From Bacteriovoracia bacterium (GTDB lineage: Bacteria > Bdellovibrionota > UBA1018 > JBFWNL01), in NCBI GenBank assembly GCA_050251055.1, contig JBFWNL010000001.1, positions 235,825 through 299,824 on the forward strand: 64,000 bases of DNA. Direction: 5' to 3'. A program made the translations under genes and the position numbers. Positions 7,801-17,736 of the stretch are shown one piece after another (the stretch's first letter is position 1; each line of letters starts with the position of its first letter). The notes beneath the pieces are model-generated. The model was not told where the DNA came from. It was given only the letters and a program-made list of their open reading frames with translations, and ran no database searches.

Positions 7801-9423
7801 ATGCAACAAAAAGATCACCTCAAGGATCAATATGACTGGGTAGTGCTCGGGGACCACCCGGCCGCGCTTTTGAGCGCGGGACTCCTTTCAAAGCTGGGCT
7901 ATTCCACCTTGATTCTACCGATGGCGCCGAGCCTGCTCGCCAACATTTCCAGCACGGCCCAGTGCCTGGATCCGGAGCCGAGCTTCCTAATGGGCTTAGG
8001 CAGGCCGGAGTCAGCGGCGGGATTGTTGGGTGAGTGCCTGAGTTTCCTAGGCAGTCCCGTTAGCGCCTTGAAGTTTATTCGGATGACGGACGCGTATCTG
8101 CCCCAGGCGCTCACGCCGCGCGCCAAGATTCAGCTCTTCGCCGCTCATGATCGCTGGATCCAGGAGTTTGACCGTGAGTTGCCGAGCGCGGAGCTTCCCC
8201 ACGCAAAGGGACTCGTCAGCACGGTCGATCAGATCGAAGGAGTGGCGCACACGTACTGGAAGCGGCTCCCAGACCGAATCGCGCGGCAACCCGTGGCTCC
8301 GATCGTGAAGGGGCTACGGGGCTGGCGGCCGCGCCCAGGCGCGGGGCGGGTGGATTTTCGCGAAGGGCTTTGGCGGGGTTTGAAGTTGGCGGGTGGATCC
8401 ACCCGGGACTGGGGAAGCCTTTCGGAGAGCTGGAAACGGCGACGTCTCCCCGGCGGTGCGTTCGGCCCGGCGTTGGAGGCGTTTCTGTACGGGATGACCG
8501 GCGCCAACGACGCGCGCCTGACTCCTTTTGATTGCGCGCATATCCTGGCGCTGGGAAAATCCGGTGGATCTTTTCAAGGGGGGTTGACCGCGTATCGTCA
8601 GTTCCTTTTGCATCTGGCGCAGAAATGGGGTGCGCAGGTGCCGCGGGAAACCGAATGTCGTCGGCTTTTCATCGAAAATGGCCGTCTGATCGGCGCCCAG
8701 GTCTCCCACCGGGGAAAGATGGTGAGCGTGAATGGCGGCGCGATCGGTTGCGCGTCCTCGCATTTGAAAGAGTTCCTCTATTACTCGGGCCAAGAAAGCA
8801 AAGCGCCGTTGAAGTCCGCGCGTGCGCCCGCGGGCTGGCGCTTCACGCTCGCGCTCACGGTGCATCGAGAAGCCATCCCGCCCGGCATGAACCGCCGCGC
8901 GATCTGGAAAGACCAGGACGCTCCGGCGCTCGAAATCGAAACGGCGGATCCCTCGGACTACAATTTGGGACAGCCGGAACATCAGCTGGTGTTCCTGCGC
9001 ACGACTTTACCCTTCACGCAGGAGAGCTTGACGGTTTCTTATCAGCGGCTCATTGCTAGCCGCATGTTCCGGCAGCTTTGCGACCTGTTTCCCTTCCTCG
9101 AGTTCCATGTTTCCAAAGTTTTCCCCGACTTTCGGGCAGGCGTGGGAACCGAGCGGGAGGAGTTCTCGGAGATGTACGGATTCGTCACGCCCGAGCTCGT
9201 GCCTGAAAATTTGCGGGTTTACGCGGACGAAGGCGCAGGAGCCGATTCCGGGATTGAAAACCTGTACGTCACCAACGGCGAGGCCTATCCGCAGTTCGGC
9301 TCGTTCGGCGGGACCGTGGCGGCCGTGCAAGCCGTGTCAGCCTTCGTGCGGCGGCAGACGCAGTCGCAGAGCACCGGGGTGGCCGGCGCGAAAGAAAGCG
9401 CGCCGCCGTTGTTATGGCAGTGA
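7801..9423 (+). CDS. Divergent FAD-dependent oxidoreductase-like protein (phytoene desaturase-like architecture)
   Basis: N-terminal YDWVVLGDHPAALLSAGLL (degenerate Rossmann motif), central QGG motif, C-terminal IENLYVTNGEAYPQFG. Confidence 0.6.
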   Translation: MQQKDHLKDQYDWVVLGDHPAALLSAGLLSKLGYSTLILPMAPSLLANISSTAQCLDPEPSFLMGLGRPESAAGLLGECLSFLGSPVSALKFIRMTDAYLPQALTPRAKIQLFAAHDRWIQEFDRELPSAELPHAKGLVSTVDQIEGVAHTYWKRLPDRIARQPVAPIVKGLRGWRPRPGAGRVDFREGLWRGLKLAGGSTRDWGSLSESWKRRRLPGGAFGPALEAFLYGMTGANDARLTPFDCAHILALGKSGGSFQGGLTAYRQFLLHLAQKWGAQVPRETECRRLFIENGRLIGAQVSHRGKMVSVNGGAIGCASSHLKEFLYYSGQESKAPLKSARAPAGWRFTLALTVHREAIPPGMNRRAIWKDQDAPALEIETADPSDYNLGQPEHQLVFLRTTLPFTQESLTVSYQRLIASRMFRQLCDLFPFLEFHVSKVFPDFRAGVGTEREEFSEMYGFVTPELVPENLRVYADEGAGADSGIENLYVTNGEAYPQFGSFGGTVAAVQAVSAFVRRQTQSQSTGVAGAKESAPPLLWQ

Positions 9424-9442
9424 AGAAGCGGGAGAGGAATCA

Positions 9443-10759
9443 ATGATCGAACGATATTCACGGCCGGAGATGAAGCAGGTTTGGGATGATCGGAATAAGT
9501 ACCTGACCTGGCTCAAGGTGGAGCTGGCCGTCTGCGAGGAGCTGGCGAAGACGGGGTTGATTCCGCGAAAGGACTGGCAAGCGTTGAATCGCCGCGCGCA
9601 AGCGCTCATCGCGCGCGGAGGGGTTGATCCCCGCCGTGTGGACTTTCACGAGCGGACAACCCGACATGACGTCATCGCGTTCACGACGGCGGTCGCCGAA
9701 AAGATCGGTCCGCTGGCGCGCTACATCCATTTCGGACTGACTTCCTCGGACGTGGTGGATACCTCGACTTCTCTGCTCGTGCAGCAGGCGGGCGCGATCC
9801 TGATTCGCGACGTGCGCGAGCTACTCTCCGTCCTGCAAAAGCGTGCCCGTGAGTTCGCGCGGTTGCCCACCATCGGTCGTTCGCACGGTATCTACGCGGA
9901 GCCGACCTCGTTCGGCCTTAAGTTCTTGGGGTGGCACGCGGAGTGGAAACGCAATCTCGGGCGCCTGGAGGAAGCCGTGGCTCAGCTGCGCGTGGGCAAA
10001 CTTTCCGGAGCCGTGGGCGTGAACTCCCACTGGTCTCCCGCTTTCGAGGCGCGCGTGCTGAAGCGATTGGGCCTGCGGCGGGAACCGGTCAGTACGCAGG
10101 TTATCCCACGCGATCGGCACGCCCAGTATCTTTCTACGTTAGCGGTTTGCGGGGCATCGCTCGAACGGATTGCCGTGGAGCTGCGGCACCTGCAGCGCTC
10201 TGAAGTGGCGGAAGTCCAGGAAGGCTTCGCCAAAGGGCAAAAAGGTTCGAGCGCGATGCCGCACAAACGAAATCCCATCTCGAGCGAAAACATCACGGGC
10301 CAGGCGCGGTTGCTCCGTGCATACGCGGCGGCGGGACTCGAGAACGTCGCGCTTTGGCATGAGCGCGACATCAGCCATTCTTCGGTGGAGCGCGTGGCGC
10401 TGCCGGACGCGAGCCTCGTGCTCGATTACGCGCTCTCGCGCATGACTAAGCTGCTCCAGGAACTCGTCGTGAACCCCGCACGGGTAGCCCGACACCTGAA
10501 GGAGGCTGGCAGCAGCGCGTTCTCCGGGCATTATCTGCTGGCGCTTGTGAAGGCAGGAGCATCGCGTGAGCAGGCTTACTATTGGGTGCAGCAGTGCGCG
10601 CATCAAAGTATCGATACGGGCGCCGACTTCGTGCGCTTAATTCAGGCCCATCCGCAAGTGAGGAGATACCTTTCGCCTGCGGAAGCCCAGCGGCTTGGCT
10701 CGCTCGCCCATCAGCTGCGCTCGGTTCCGGAAATCTACCGGCGCGAAAAAAAATCCTGA
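9443..10759 (+). CDS. purB: Adenylosuccinate lyase
   Basis: MIERYSRPEM start with SD (ggagagg); TRHDV, HFGLTSSD, GRSHG, GSSAMPHKRNP. Confidence 0.97.
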   Translation: MIERYSRPEMKQVWDDRNKYLTWLKVELAVCEELAKTGLIPRKDWQALNRRAQALIARGGVDPRRVDFHERTTRHDVIAFTTAVAEKIGPLARYIHFGLTSSDVVDTSTSLLVQQAGAILIRDVRELLSVLQKRAREFARLPTIGRSHGIYAEPTSFGLKFLGWHAEWKRNLGRLEEAVAQLRVGKLSGAVGVNSHWSPAFEARVLKRLGLRREPVSTQVIPRDRHAQYLSTLAVCGASLERIAVELRHLQRSEVAEVQEGFAKGQKGSSAMPHKRNPISSENITGQARLLRAYAAAGLENVALWHERDISHSSVERVALPDASLVLDYALSRMTKLLQELVVNPARVARHLKEAGSSAFSGHYLLALVKAGASREQAYYWVQQCAHQSIDTGADFVRLIQAHPQVRRYLSPAEAQRLGSLAHQLRSVPEIYRREKKS

Positions 10760-10809
10760 CCTCGATGCCGAGGTGCCGTCTTTCTTTTTTGGTTTTTAGG
10801 GAAAAAAGA

Positions 10810-10875
10810 AAAACGGATTAGCTAACTAGGGGACGTTAGGGGGTTAGGGGGGGATAGCGTTAGCTAATCCGTTTT
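10810..10875. repeat. 17-bp perfect inverted repeat enclosing TAGGG/G-tract repeats
   Basis: aaaacggattagctaac (10810-10826) / gttagctaatccgtttt (10859-10875); loop taggggacgttagggggttagggggggatagc. Confidence 0.85.
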
Positions 10876-11311
10876 GTTTGTTACTTACTATAAAGCAACC
10901 CATATGCCAACGCATTGCGTCAAAAAAACGAATAAAAATGCTCCCGTCGGGAGGCGGGGTCTAGGTGCTGTACTGACAATAGACAAGAAACGTCAGGCGA
11001 TGACCATGTTTTTGACGCAGATCATAGGTAAAAAACGAAGTTATTCCAATAACTTCGAAATAAAATGATCAGTAATTTGACGCGTGATATAAAAATTTCC
11101 CGGTGTCGAGGCGGCCGCACCGCCGATAACCCCGTTTGTCCTCTCCGCTAATGACGGTTTTCTTGCTACTGATTTCGTTTAAGGAGGCCGTCTAACTCTT
11201 TGAAATTCAGCCTAAAACGCCGTCCTAGATAACTGTAGTGTTTCGGAATCTCTTTTGTTATACGGACTTACAAGTTCAAGTTTAGGGAATTCAATTAAAG
11301 GAGTGTTAGGG

Positions 11312-12457
11312 ATGAATCTAAGACTTTCGGCTTATGCCATGGGGATAGCACTGTTGAGTTTCGGGGCGACGGCCGTCGCTGCCGATGAAACTTCAATCAC
11401 GAGCGCTTCGTCGTCGACCCACGAGACGACCGAAACGGTCACGAAAACCACGAAGCCCGCTACGCGTACCAAGAAAAAGACCACGGCCACTTCGACGAAG
11501 ACGACGGCGCCAGCCGCGACGTCGAACGACAACGCCGCGTTGACGACGAAAGATCATCTCGAGATGGTTCGCCGCGAGCGTCTCCGCGAAGAATTAAAGA
11601 ATGAAGACCTTCTGCAAGCCCGAATCGAAGAGATGCGCCTGCGTGACGAGCGCCGCCGCACGCAGGAACTCATGAATTCGGATTCCAACTACTACCGCTC
11701 CCGTGGCCGCGTTCGCTCCGATAGCGACGAGGTTCGTACCGGTCAGGCGTCCGCCGAAACTGCGGCCGCACTTTCCCGCTCCGAGTCGGAGTGGGAAGGT
11801 TACCGCGACGAAGATTCGCGCGAACGCGTTCGCCTCGTGATCAGCCCGCGCGTCGGCGTGGCCTCGATGTCGGGCGGCACCTACTCAGTGGGCTCGCGGG
11901 TCAGCGTGGGCGGGAACCTCGGGATTCAGGCGTCCAGCCTCGTTACCCTTCAGGTGGGTTATGCTTTCAACGAGTACGGCGTGAACGTCTCGAGCACGAA
12001 CCCTGTCATCTACAACCAGCAGTATTACAACAACCTGCCCGGCCGTGATTCTATCGTCATGAAGCAGAATGTCTTTTCGGCCGACGTGAAGCTGAATCTC
12101 CTGCGGGAGTCGAAGGTCCGTCCGTTCGTGACCGGCGGGGGAGCTTATTCCAAGAGTTACATCAACTACGACCAGGCGCTTTTGAACTACGTGGCGACCT
12201 ACCAAGGCACCTCGTACGCCCGTGACTACGAAGTGGGCTCCTGGCTCGCCAACGTAGGCACCGGCGTGGATTTCGAGCTGAGCCGCTCGATCTCGCTCGG
12301 CGCCGCGTTCAACTTCTACAAGGTGCTCTCGGCCAACGAGAACTACGATTTGAACGTGCTGTACTACGGCTACAACTACGACAAGCAGTCGGTGGGTAGC
12401 TCGCTCGCACGCTCGAGCTTCTACACCATTACCGGTGGCGTGAACTTCGCGCTGTAA
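11312..12457 (+). CDS. Outer-membrane beta-barrel protein with Thr-rich linker and charged helix; resembles the Bdellovibrio major OMP family
   Basis: SD aaggag plus ATG at 11312; signal peptide; RRERLREELKNEDLLQARIEEMRLRDERRR helix; OMP-type strands (VRPFVTGGGAY, GTGVDFEL, GGVNFAL). Confidence 0.8.
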   Translation: MNLRLSAYAMGIALLSFGATAVAADETSITSASSSTHETTETVTKTTKPATRTKKKTTATSTKTTAPAATSNDNAALTTKDHLEMVRRERLREELKNEDLLQARIEEMRLRDERRRTQELMNSDSNYYRSRGRVRSDSDEVRTGQASAETAAALSRSESEWEGYRDEDSRERVRLVISPRVGVASMSGGTYSVGSRVSVGGNLGIQASSLVTLQVGYAFNEYGVNVSSTNPVIYNQQYYNNLPGRDSIVMKQNVFSADVKLNLLRESKVRPFVTGGGAYSKSYINYDQALLNYVATYQGTSYARDYEVGSWLANVGTGVDFELSRSISLGAAFNFYKVLSANENYDLNVLYYGYNYDKQSVGSSLARSSFYTITGGVNFAL

Positions 12458-12497
12458 TCGGTAGGCCAGCCTGGCGCTGGCGCACTTGAACCACTTT

Positions 12498-12541
12498 AAG
12501 GCCGCCTGACCTTCATCCCGTCAGGCGGCCTTTTTGTTTTT
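12498..12541 (+). terminator. Intrinsic terminator
   Basis: aaggccgcctgac/gtcaggcggcctt stem followed by a T-rich run. Confidence 0.9.
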
Positions 12542-12617
12542 CGGGATCTTAGGGTGCGATGCGGCATAGAGGTTTCTGCGCTGGCTCATTGCGGGGAAAG
12601 TGCCTTATACTCGTCCC

Positions 12618-14873
12618 ATGCAAAATATGACGACGGAGCCGCGCGTAAGCGGCGCTCGCGAGACCCACGGTGAAGTATTTCGTTTAGAAGATTGCTCGGC
12701 CCGCGCCGGCACGAAGATCTGGCTGCTGCACTTTGATCTGCCCGGTGAAAAAGTGAATAAGTTCAACGAGCGGGTGATGCGCGAGTTTGAAGCGCTTCTT
12801 CCGAAGCTCAAGTCCATGGCGAATCAGATCGACGCGCTCGTCGTGGTCTCGCCCAAACCCGGTATCTTCATCGCGGGCGCGGACATTAAGCTCATTCAGT
12901 CCGCCAAGACTTCGGACGAAGCCGAGGCGCTCGCGAAAGTGGGGCAAAAGCTGCTCAATCAATGGGAAGACCTCCCGTTTCCGCGCGTGGTTGCCATCAA
13001 CGGAGCCGCGCTCGGCGGCGGTTGTGAATTTTCTCTCGCGAGCTCCGCGATCGTCATGTCTAATGACGCTTCGGCCAAGATTGGACTGCCCGAGATCATG
13101 CTCGGCGTAATTCCCGGCATGGGCGGTTGCGTGCGCTTGCCGCAAAAAGTGGGTTTGGCCACGGCGCTGGACCTCATCCTTTCTAGCAAGCAGCTCAACG
13201 GTGAGCGCGCCGTGAAGGCGGGGCTGGCGGAAGCCTGCCTGCCCAAGGAAAACTTCACGCAGTCGGCGCTGAAGTGGACGGCCCTAAACCTCAAGGCGCT
13301 CAAGGCCGGCGGACGGCTCGCGAAACCCCCGGCTTTGGGGGGCATGGGCGGTTTCTTTGGTTCCGTGATGGAGTCCGCTCCGATGCGCGGGGTGATTTTC
13401 AGCAAAGCGCGGCAAGGCGTGATGAGCAAGACCAAGGGCCAGTACCCGGCGCCGCTGGAGGCAATCCAGGTGATGAAGGGCGTGGGGACTCACTATATCG
13501 CTAGTCGCCGAGACTGGCTGAAGGGTGAGCGTAGGCAGAACGCCATGGATCGCGAAGCGCGCGGTTTTGGCAAGATGGCCGCGACCGACGTTTCCAAGAG
13601 CCTGATCCGGATTTTCTTCCTCACCGAGACGATCAAGAAGGCCAACGGGCTCGCCGATGGTCGCAAGGTCGACGCTCCGGCCGTGAAGATGGCAGGCGTG
13701 CTCGGCGCGGGCGTCATGGGCGGCGGGATCGCCCAGCTCTTCGCGGATAAGGGCATCACCACCCGCATGAAGGACATTAACGTGAAAGGGTTGGAGCTGG
13801 GCGAGCACGCGATATCGGGCCTCTTTAAAAAGAAACTCAAGCGCCGCCAGATCAAGGAGCGGGACTACCTGCAGAAGATGAACCTAGTCGCGCCCGTGCT
13901 CGACTATGCGGGTTTCGGTTCGGTCGACCTGGTGGTCGAAGCCGTGATCGAAAAGATGGACATCAAGAAAAAAGTTTTCCAGGAGCTTGAAGGTCATGTC
14001 AGCGAGGACTGCGTGATCGCCTCCAACACGTCGTCGCTTTCCGTGAGCGAGATGCAAACCGCGCTGAAAAAGCCCGAACGTTTCGTCGGCATGCACTTCT
14101 TCAACCCGGTCGCGAAGATGCCGCTCGTGGAGGTGATCCGCGGCGCGAAGAGTTCCGATGAAGCCGTGGTCGCGGTTTTCGAGCTGAGCAAAAAGCTCGG
14201 TAAAACCCCGATCGTCGTGAAGGACGGCGCCGGATTTTTGGTGAATCGTCTGCTCGTGCCTTATATGAACGAGGCGGCCTATCTGTTGGTGGATGGCGCA
14301 CCGATTCCCGAAATCGATCGCGCGCTCTTGGGCTTCGGGATGCCGATGGGGCCGATGGAGCTCGTTGACGAAGTGGGCGTAGACGTGGGCGAGAAGGTGC
14401 TTAAGATTTTGAATGAAGCCTTCGGTGAGCGCATGAAACCCGCGCCGGGTATCGGTAAGGTTGCCGAAGCCGGTCGTCTGGGTAAAAAGAACGGCAAGGG
14501 CCTCTACGTGTATGAGGGTAAAGACGGTCGAGAAAAACGCGTGGACGACGCAATTTATTCTATTATCGGTATCCAGCCTCGGTCGGGCGCGCTGACGGAG
14601 TCCGAAATGGTCGAGCGTTGCATCCTGCCGATGATCAACGAGGCCGCGCGCTGCCTGGAAGACGGCATCGTCGCTACGCCCGAGGACGTGGATTTGGGTA
14701 TGATCTTCGGTACGGGCTTCCCGCCGTTCCGCGGCGGGCTGCTTCGTTATGCCGATACGATTGGCGTGAGCCACGTGGTCGAACGTTTGCGGCACTACGA
14801 AAAACGTTTCGGCGAGCGGTTTAAGCCGTCCGAAGCCCTGATCAAGCGCCGGAAGTTTTATCTCGACGCGTGA
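12618..14873 (+). CDS. fadJ: Fatty-acid oxidation complex alpha subunit (enoyl-CoA hydratase/3-hydroxyacyl-CoA dehydrogenase)
   Basis: FIAGADI, LGGGCE, GLPE, GAGVMGGGIA, SNTSSL, GMHFFNP, GFPPFRGG. Confidence 0.9.
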   Translation: MQNMTTEPRVSGARETHGEVFRLEDCSARAGTKIWLLHFDLPGEKVNKFNERVMREFEALLPKLKSMANQIDALVVVSPKPGIFIAGADIKLIQSAKTSDEAEALAKVGQKLLNQWEDLPFPRVVAINGAALGGGCEFSLASSAIVMSNDASAKIGLPEIMLGVIPGMGGCVRLPQKVGLATALDLILSSKQLNGERAVKAGLAEACLPKENFTQSALKWTALNLKALKAGGRLAKPPALGGMGGFFGSVMESAPMRGVIFSKARQGVMSKTKGQYPAPLEAIQVMKGVGTHYIASRRDWLKGERRQNAMDREARGFGKMAATDVSKSLIRIFFLTETIKKANGLADGRKVDAPAVKMAGVLGAGVMGGGIAQLFADKGITTRMKDINVKGLELGEHAISGLFKKKLKRRQIKERDYLQKMNLVAPVLDYAGFGSVDLVVEAVIEKMDIKKKVFQELEGHVSEDCVIASNTSSLSVSEMQTALKKPERFVGMHFFNPVAKMPLVEVIRGAKSSDEAVVAVFELSKKLGKTPIVVKDGAGFLVNRLLVPYMNEAAYLLVDGAPIPEIDRALLGFGMPMGPMELVDEVGVDVGEKVLKILNEAFGERMKPAPGIGKVAEAGRLGKKNGKGLYVYEGKDGREKRVDDAIYSIIGIQPRSGALTESEMVERCILPMINEAARCLEDGIVATPEDVDLGMIFGTGFPPFRGGLLRYADTIGVSHVVERLRHYEKRFGERFKPSEALIKRRKFYLDA

Positions 14874-14874
14874 G

Positions 14875-16185
14875 ATGAAGACGGATGTAAGCCAAGGGAG
14901 TTCCGATCGCAGACTGGGCTGGACGCTGTGGGTGGGCTTTCGCTACCTGAAGTCCAAAAAAAGCTCCCGGTTTTTGAGCTTCATCACGCTTCTGTCCATT
15001 GGCGGCGTTGCCCTGGGCGTGACCGCGATGATCGTCGTACTTTCGGTCATGGATGGCTTCGAAGCCGAGCTTCGCAAGCGTCTCATGTCGACTGACCTGC
15101 ACGTGCTGATCACCCCTAAGCCCGAGGTTCCGGAATTCAATCAGGGCTTCGTGCCCGCGGCCGCGCTGCAGTCGGTGGGAGCGGCGGATCGACTGGCCCA
15201 GGATCCGCGGGTGGTGCACGTCTTTCCGATGATTTCGACGGAAGCGATCTTTAAGACCCAGCGCCGGGTCAATGGCGTGACCGTCAAAGGGATCGACGAA
15301 GCCCGAATGGAGAAGCTGCGCTCCCAGGTCATCGAAACGGCCGATCCGAAAATGCTGACTCGCGAGGAAGGCCCGCCGGGGGCGGCGAGCACGGTCCGGC
15401 TGCCCGGCGTGATCGTGGGCGAGGAGCTGGCGCGCATGATGGCACTCGCTCCGGGAGATCTCGTGACGCTGATTTCGCCCACCGAGACCGAAGGGCCGCT
15501 CGGCGCGGTACCGCGGCTAAAACGCTTCGTGATCGAGGCGATTTACCGCTCCGGCTCGGCCGATCAGGAGCTGCATACGATCTTTGCCAAGCGCGAGGCG
15601 ATCGAGTCGTTCCTGCGCCGTCGCGCCGTCGTCACCCAGTGGGAGGTCGTCGTGAAGAATTTCGACGAAGCCCCGCGGCTGGCCGCCGAGCTCTCCTCGC
15701 AGCTTCCCCAGTTCAAGGTGCGGGACTGGGTGCAGCTCAACTCCCATCTCTTCGCGTCGCTGAAGCTTGAGCGTGCGGCCATGTTCGTGATCTTGGCGTT
15801 CACGATCGTGGTGGCGAGCTTCAATATCGTGACGACCCTAACCCTCATGGTGCTCGAGAAGAAGCGGGAGATTTCGATTTTGCGCGCGATGGGCGCGTCT
15901 CGCCGCGAGGTCGGAGCGATCTTCTTTTCCGAGGGGCTCCTGATCGGGTTCGTGGGTGTCTCCGTCGGGATGCTCCTGGCCTGGGGGGTGTGCCTAATCC
16001 TGGGGACGAACACCTTTTTTAAACTTCCAGACATTTACTACGACCAGTCCATTCCGGTGACCTTCGACCCAGACTATTATTGGATGGTCGCGGTTTGCGC
16101 GATCGTGATTGTCGTACTGGCTTGTATTTACCCAAGTCGACGCGCCGCGCAGCTATCGCCCTTGGAGGGAATCCGGGCGGGGTAG
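14875..16185 (+). CDS. Lipoprotein-releasing ABC transporter permease LolC/LolE family
   Basis: FLSFITLLSIGGVALGV..VLSVMDGF, KKREISILRAMGA, YPSRRAA. Confidence 0.9.
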   Translation: MKTDVSQGSSDRRLGWTLWVGFRYLKSKKSSRFLSFITLLSIGGVALGVTAMIVVLSVMDGFEAELRKRLMSTDLHVLITPKPEVPEFNQGFVPAAALQSVGAADRLAQDPRVVHVFPMISTEAIFKTQRRVNGVTVKGIDEARMEKLRSQVIETADPKMLTREEGPPGAASTVRLPGVIVGEELARMMALAPGDLVTLISPTETEGPLGAVPRLKRFVIEAIYRSGSADQELHTIFAKREAIESFLRRRAVVTQWEVVVKNFDEAPRLAAELSSQLPQFKVRDWVQLNSHLFASLKLERAAMFVILAFTIVVASFNIVTTLTLMVLEKKREISILRAMGASRREVGAIFFSEGLLIGFVGVSVGMLLAWGVCLILGTNTFFKLPDIYYDQSIPVTFDPDYYWMVAVCAIVIVVLACIYPSRRAAQLSPLEGIRAG

Positions 16186-16280
16186 GATTTAAGCGGCTTT
16201 CAGGCCTGCCTTGCGTTTGTGACGCGCCGGGTCTAACGCTAGTGCTTGCGCCAGTTTTGGCGTCGCGTTAGTCATCCCAC

Positions 16281-17450
16281 ATGTTGAGGTGGGTGGGTTT
16301 TCTCGTCAGTTTGGCTTTGTTCGGGGGAAGTGAAGCGAAGGCCGAGGCGGTATTCGATCGGCTGGAGGCGCATGCGCTGGAGCGCTATTTCCCGGACGGG
16401 AATTTTCAGGCGCTGATCAATCAAGCGGACTGTGGGGCTTTGGATAACGCCGATGCGGAGCTCCCGTTCTCGTTTTGTCATCAAATGGACTCACCCGGAC
16501 ACGCGGCCCGAGTCTTCGTACGCAAGAAAGCTGGCTCCGTCGACGTGACGCTTTCGGGTGACGAAGGCGTTCGCCGTTTTTTTCTCCCTCGATTTTTACG
16601 GCTTTGGCGCCAGGGAGAAGCGGTCGATGTCGCCGCCCAGCAGGCGCTCACACATGCGCAAGCGCTGTTTGACCGCTTGACCCGCGTGCGGGTTCGGGCG
16701 GCGGAAAATGGGGTGAGCTCGCTTCAGAATCTCCTAGGTACTTTGCTCGGTGGTCTCGTGCCCCCCGCCGGAAATGCACCGGGAGGAGCTACGGCTTTTC
16801 AGAGCATGGACGAATTTAACGAGCTGGGTACGCTCGGGCTTTGGGATTACTGGCGTGACAGCTTAGCCACGCCGGACGCGCCGGATGCCGACGACGACGT
16901 TATTGAAATCGACGGCGAAGCCATTCGCTATATGTTCGAGTCGTTGAAGGACTGGTTGGGGCCGTCTTTCGGGGTCATCTACGACGGGCTGGCGCGCGTG
17001 GAGATTCGGCGCTATCAGGGGAAAGAGCGGGAAGAAGCGCGGATTATCCTGACCTCTGCCAGCCCCCACGATATCAAGATCAAGCCCAAGTCTGAAAGCA
17101 AACGCTTCGAACTCTACGGAGCCGCGATCCCACAGACGATGGAGTTCCGGCTTCGGGCCAAAGGTACGAGGGTTTGGTTCACCTCCGCGCCCGAGAAGGT
17201 TTTGGCCCCGACGTTCTTCGTGAATATTCCGGTTTTGAAAGATGAAGTTCGCTTTCGCGAGCTGAAGCTCGACCTTTTGACCGGAAACTTCTCGGCCAAG
17301 GTCCGCGCCGGTGGGTTGATCAGCGCGGTAGCCGACGGGAAGCTCTACGCGCAGCATTTGAAGGGTTTGAACCTTTGGAAGACATTCTGGGCCTCCTTGC
17401 TCGATCTCTTTAATCCGCGTTCAAAGTGGAAAACCAAGGAAGAAAAATAG
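16281..17450 (+). CDS. Secreted hypothetical protein
   Basis: 389-aa ORF with signal peptide; no family recognised. Confidence 0.75.
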   Translation: MLRWVGFLVSLALFGGSEAKAEAVFDRLEAHALERYFPDGNFQALINQADCGALDNADAELPFSFCHQMDSPGHAARVFVRKKAGSVDVTLSGDEGVRRFFLPRFLRLWRQGEAVDVAAQQALTHAQALFDRLTRVRVRAAENGVSSLQNLLGTLLGGLVPPAGNAPGGATAFQSMDEFNELGTLGLWDYWRDSLATPDAPDADDDVIEIDGEAIRYMFESLKDWLGPSFGVIYDGLARVEIRRYQGKEREEARIILTSASPHDIKIKPKSESKRFELYGAAIPQTMEFRLRAKGTRVWFTSAPEKVLAPTFFVNIPVLKDEVRFRELKLDLLTGNFSAKVRAGGLISAVADGKLYAQHLKGLNLWKTFWASLLDLFNPRSKWKTKEEK

Positions 17451-17456
17451 CGCCGC

Positions 17457-17720
17457 TTAGGTCGTAGGCTTCGGCGCGCGCGCGGCACGCTTATAGTGGG
17501 TGCTCTTGATCGCCGCTTGTCTTTGGAGGGAGAGGGGCCGGGACAGCAGGACCGGCCCCTCTTTTTCGCCGCCCCTCTGGGCGGTCGATGGGTACATGGG
17601 ATTGAACTTGGAACCGGGCTTCAGGGGAGAAGGGAAGACCGTTACGGCCAGCAGGGTGGCCATCACAGTGAGCAGGTAACCGAGCTCAAGCCCTTTGTTC
17701 CGTGTTCTTTCCACCCGCAC
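17457..17720 (-). CDS. Possible small membrane protein (start uncertain)
   Basis: Fills the intergenic gap; one hydrophobic segment GYLLTVMATLLAVTVF; preceded by direct-repeat boxes. Confidence 0.4.
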   Translation of the reverse strand: MRVERTRNKGLELGYLLTVMATLLAVTVFPSPLKPGSKFNPMYPSTAQRGGEKEGPVLLSRPLSLQRQAAIKSTHYKRAARAPKPTT

Positions 17721-17736
17721 ACAGTATCCAGGCGGG

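Noticed and set aside
9053-9442. N-terminal extension of PurB in the ORF track (similar extensions at 20698, 34443, 36757, 59541, 61658)
   Set aside because: These overlap neighbouring genes or promoters; family-typical starts lie downstream.
11122-11129. GCCGATAA sigma28 -10 element (similar partial matches near 5474 and 33799)
   Set aside because: No properly spaced TAAA/TCAAG -35 element was found.
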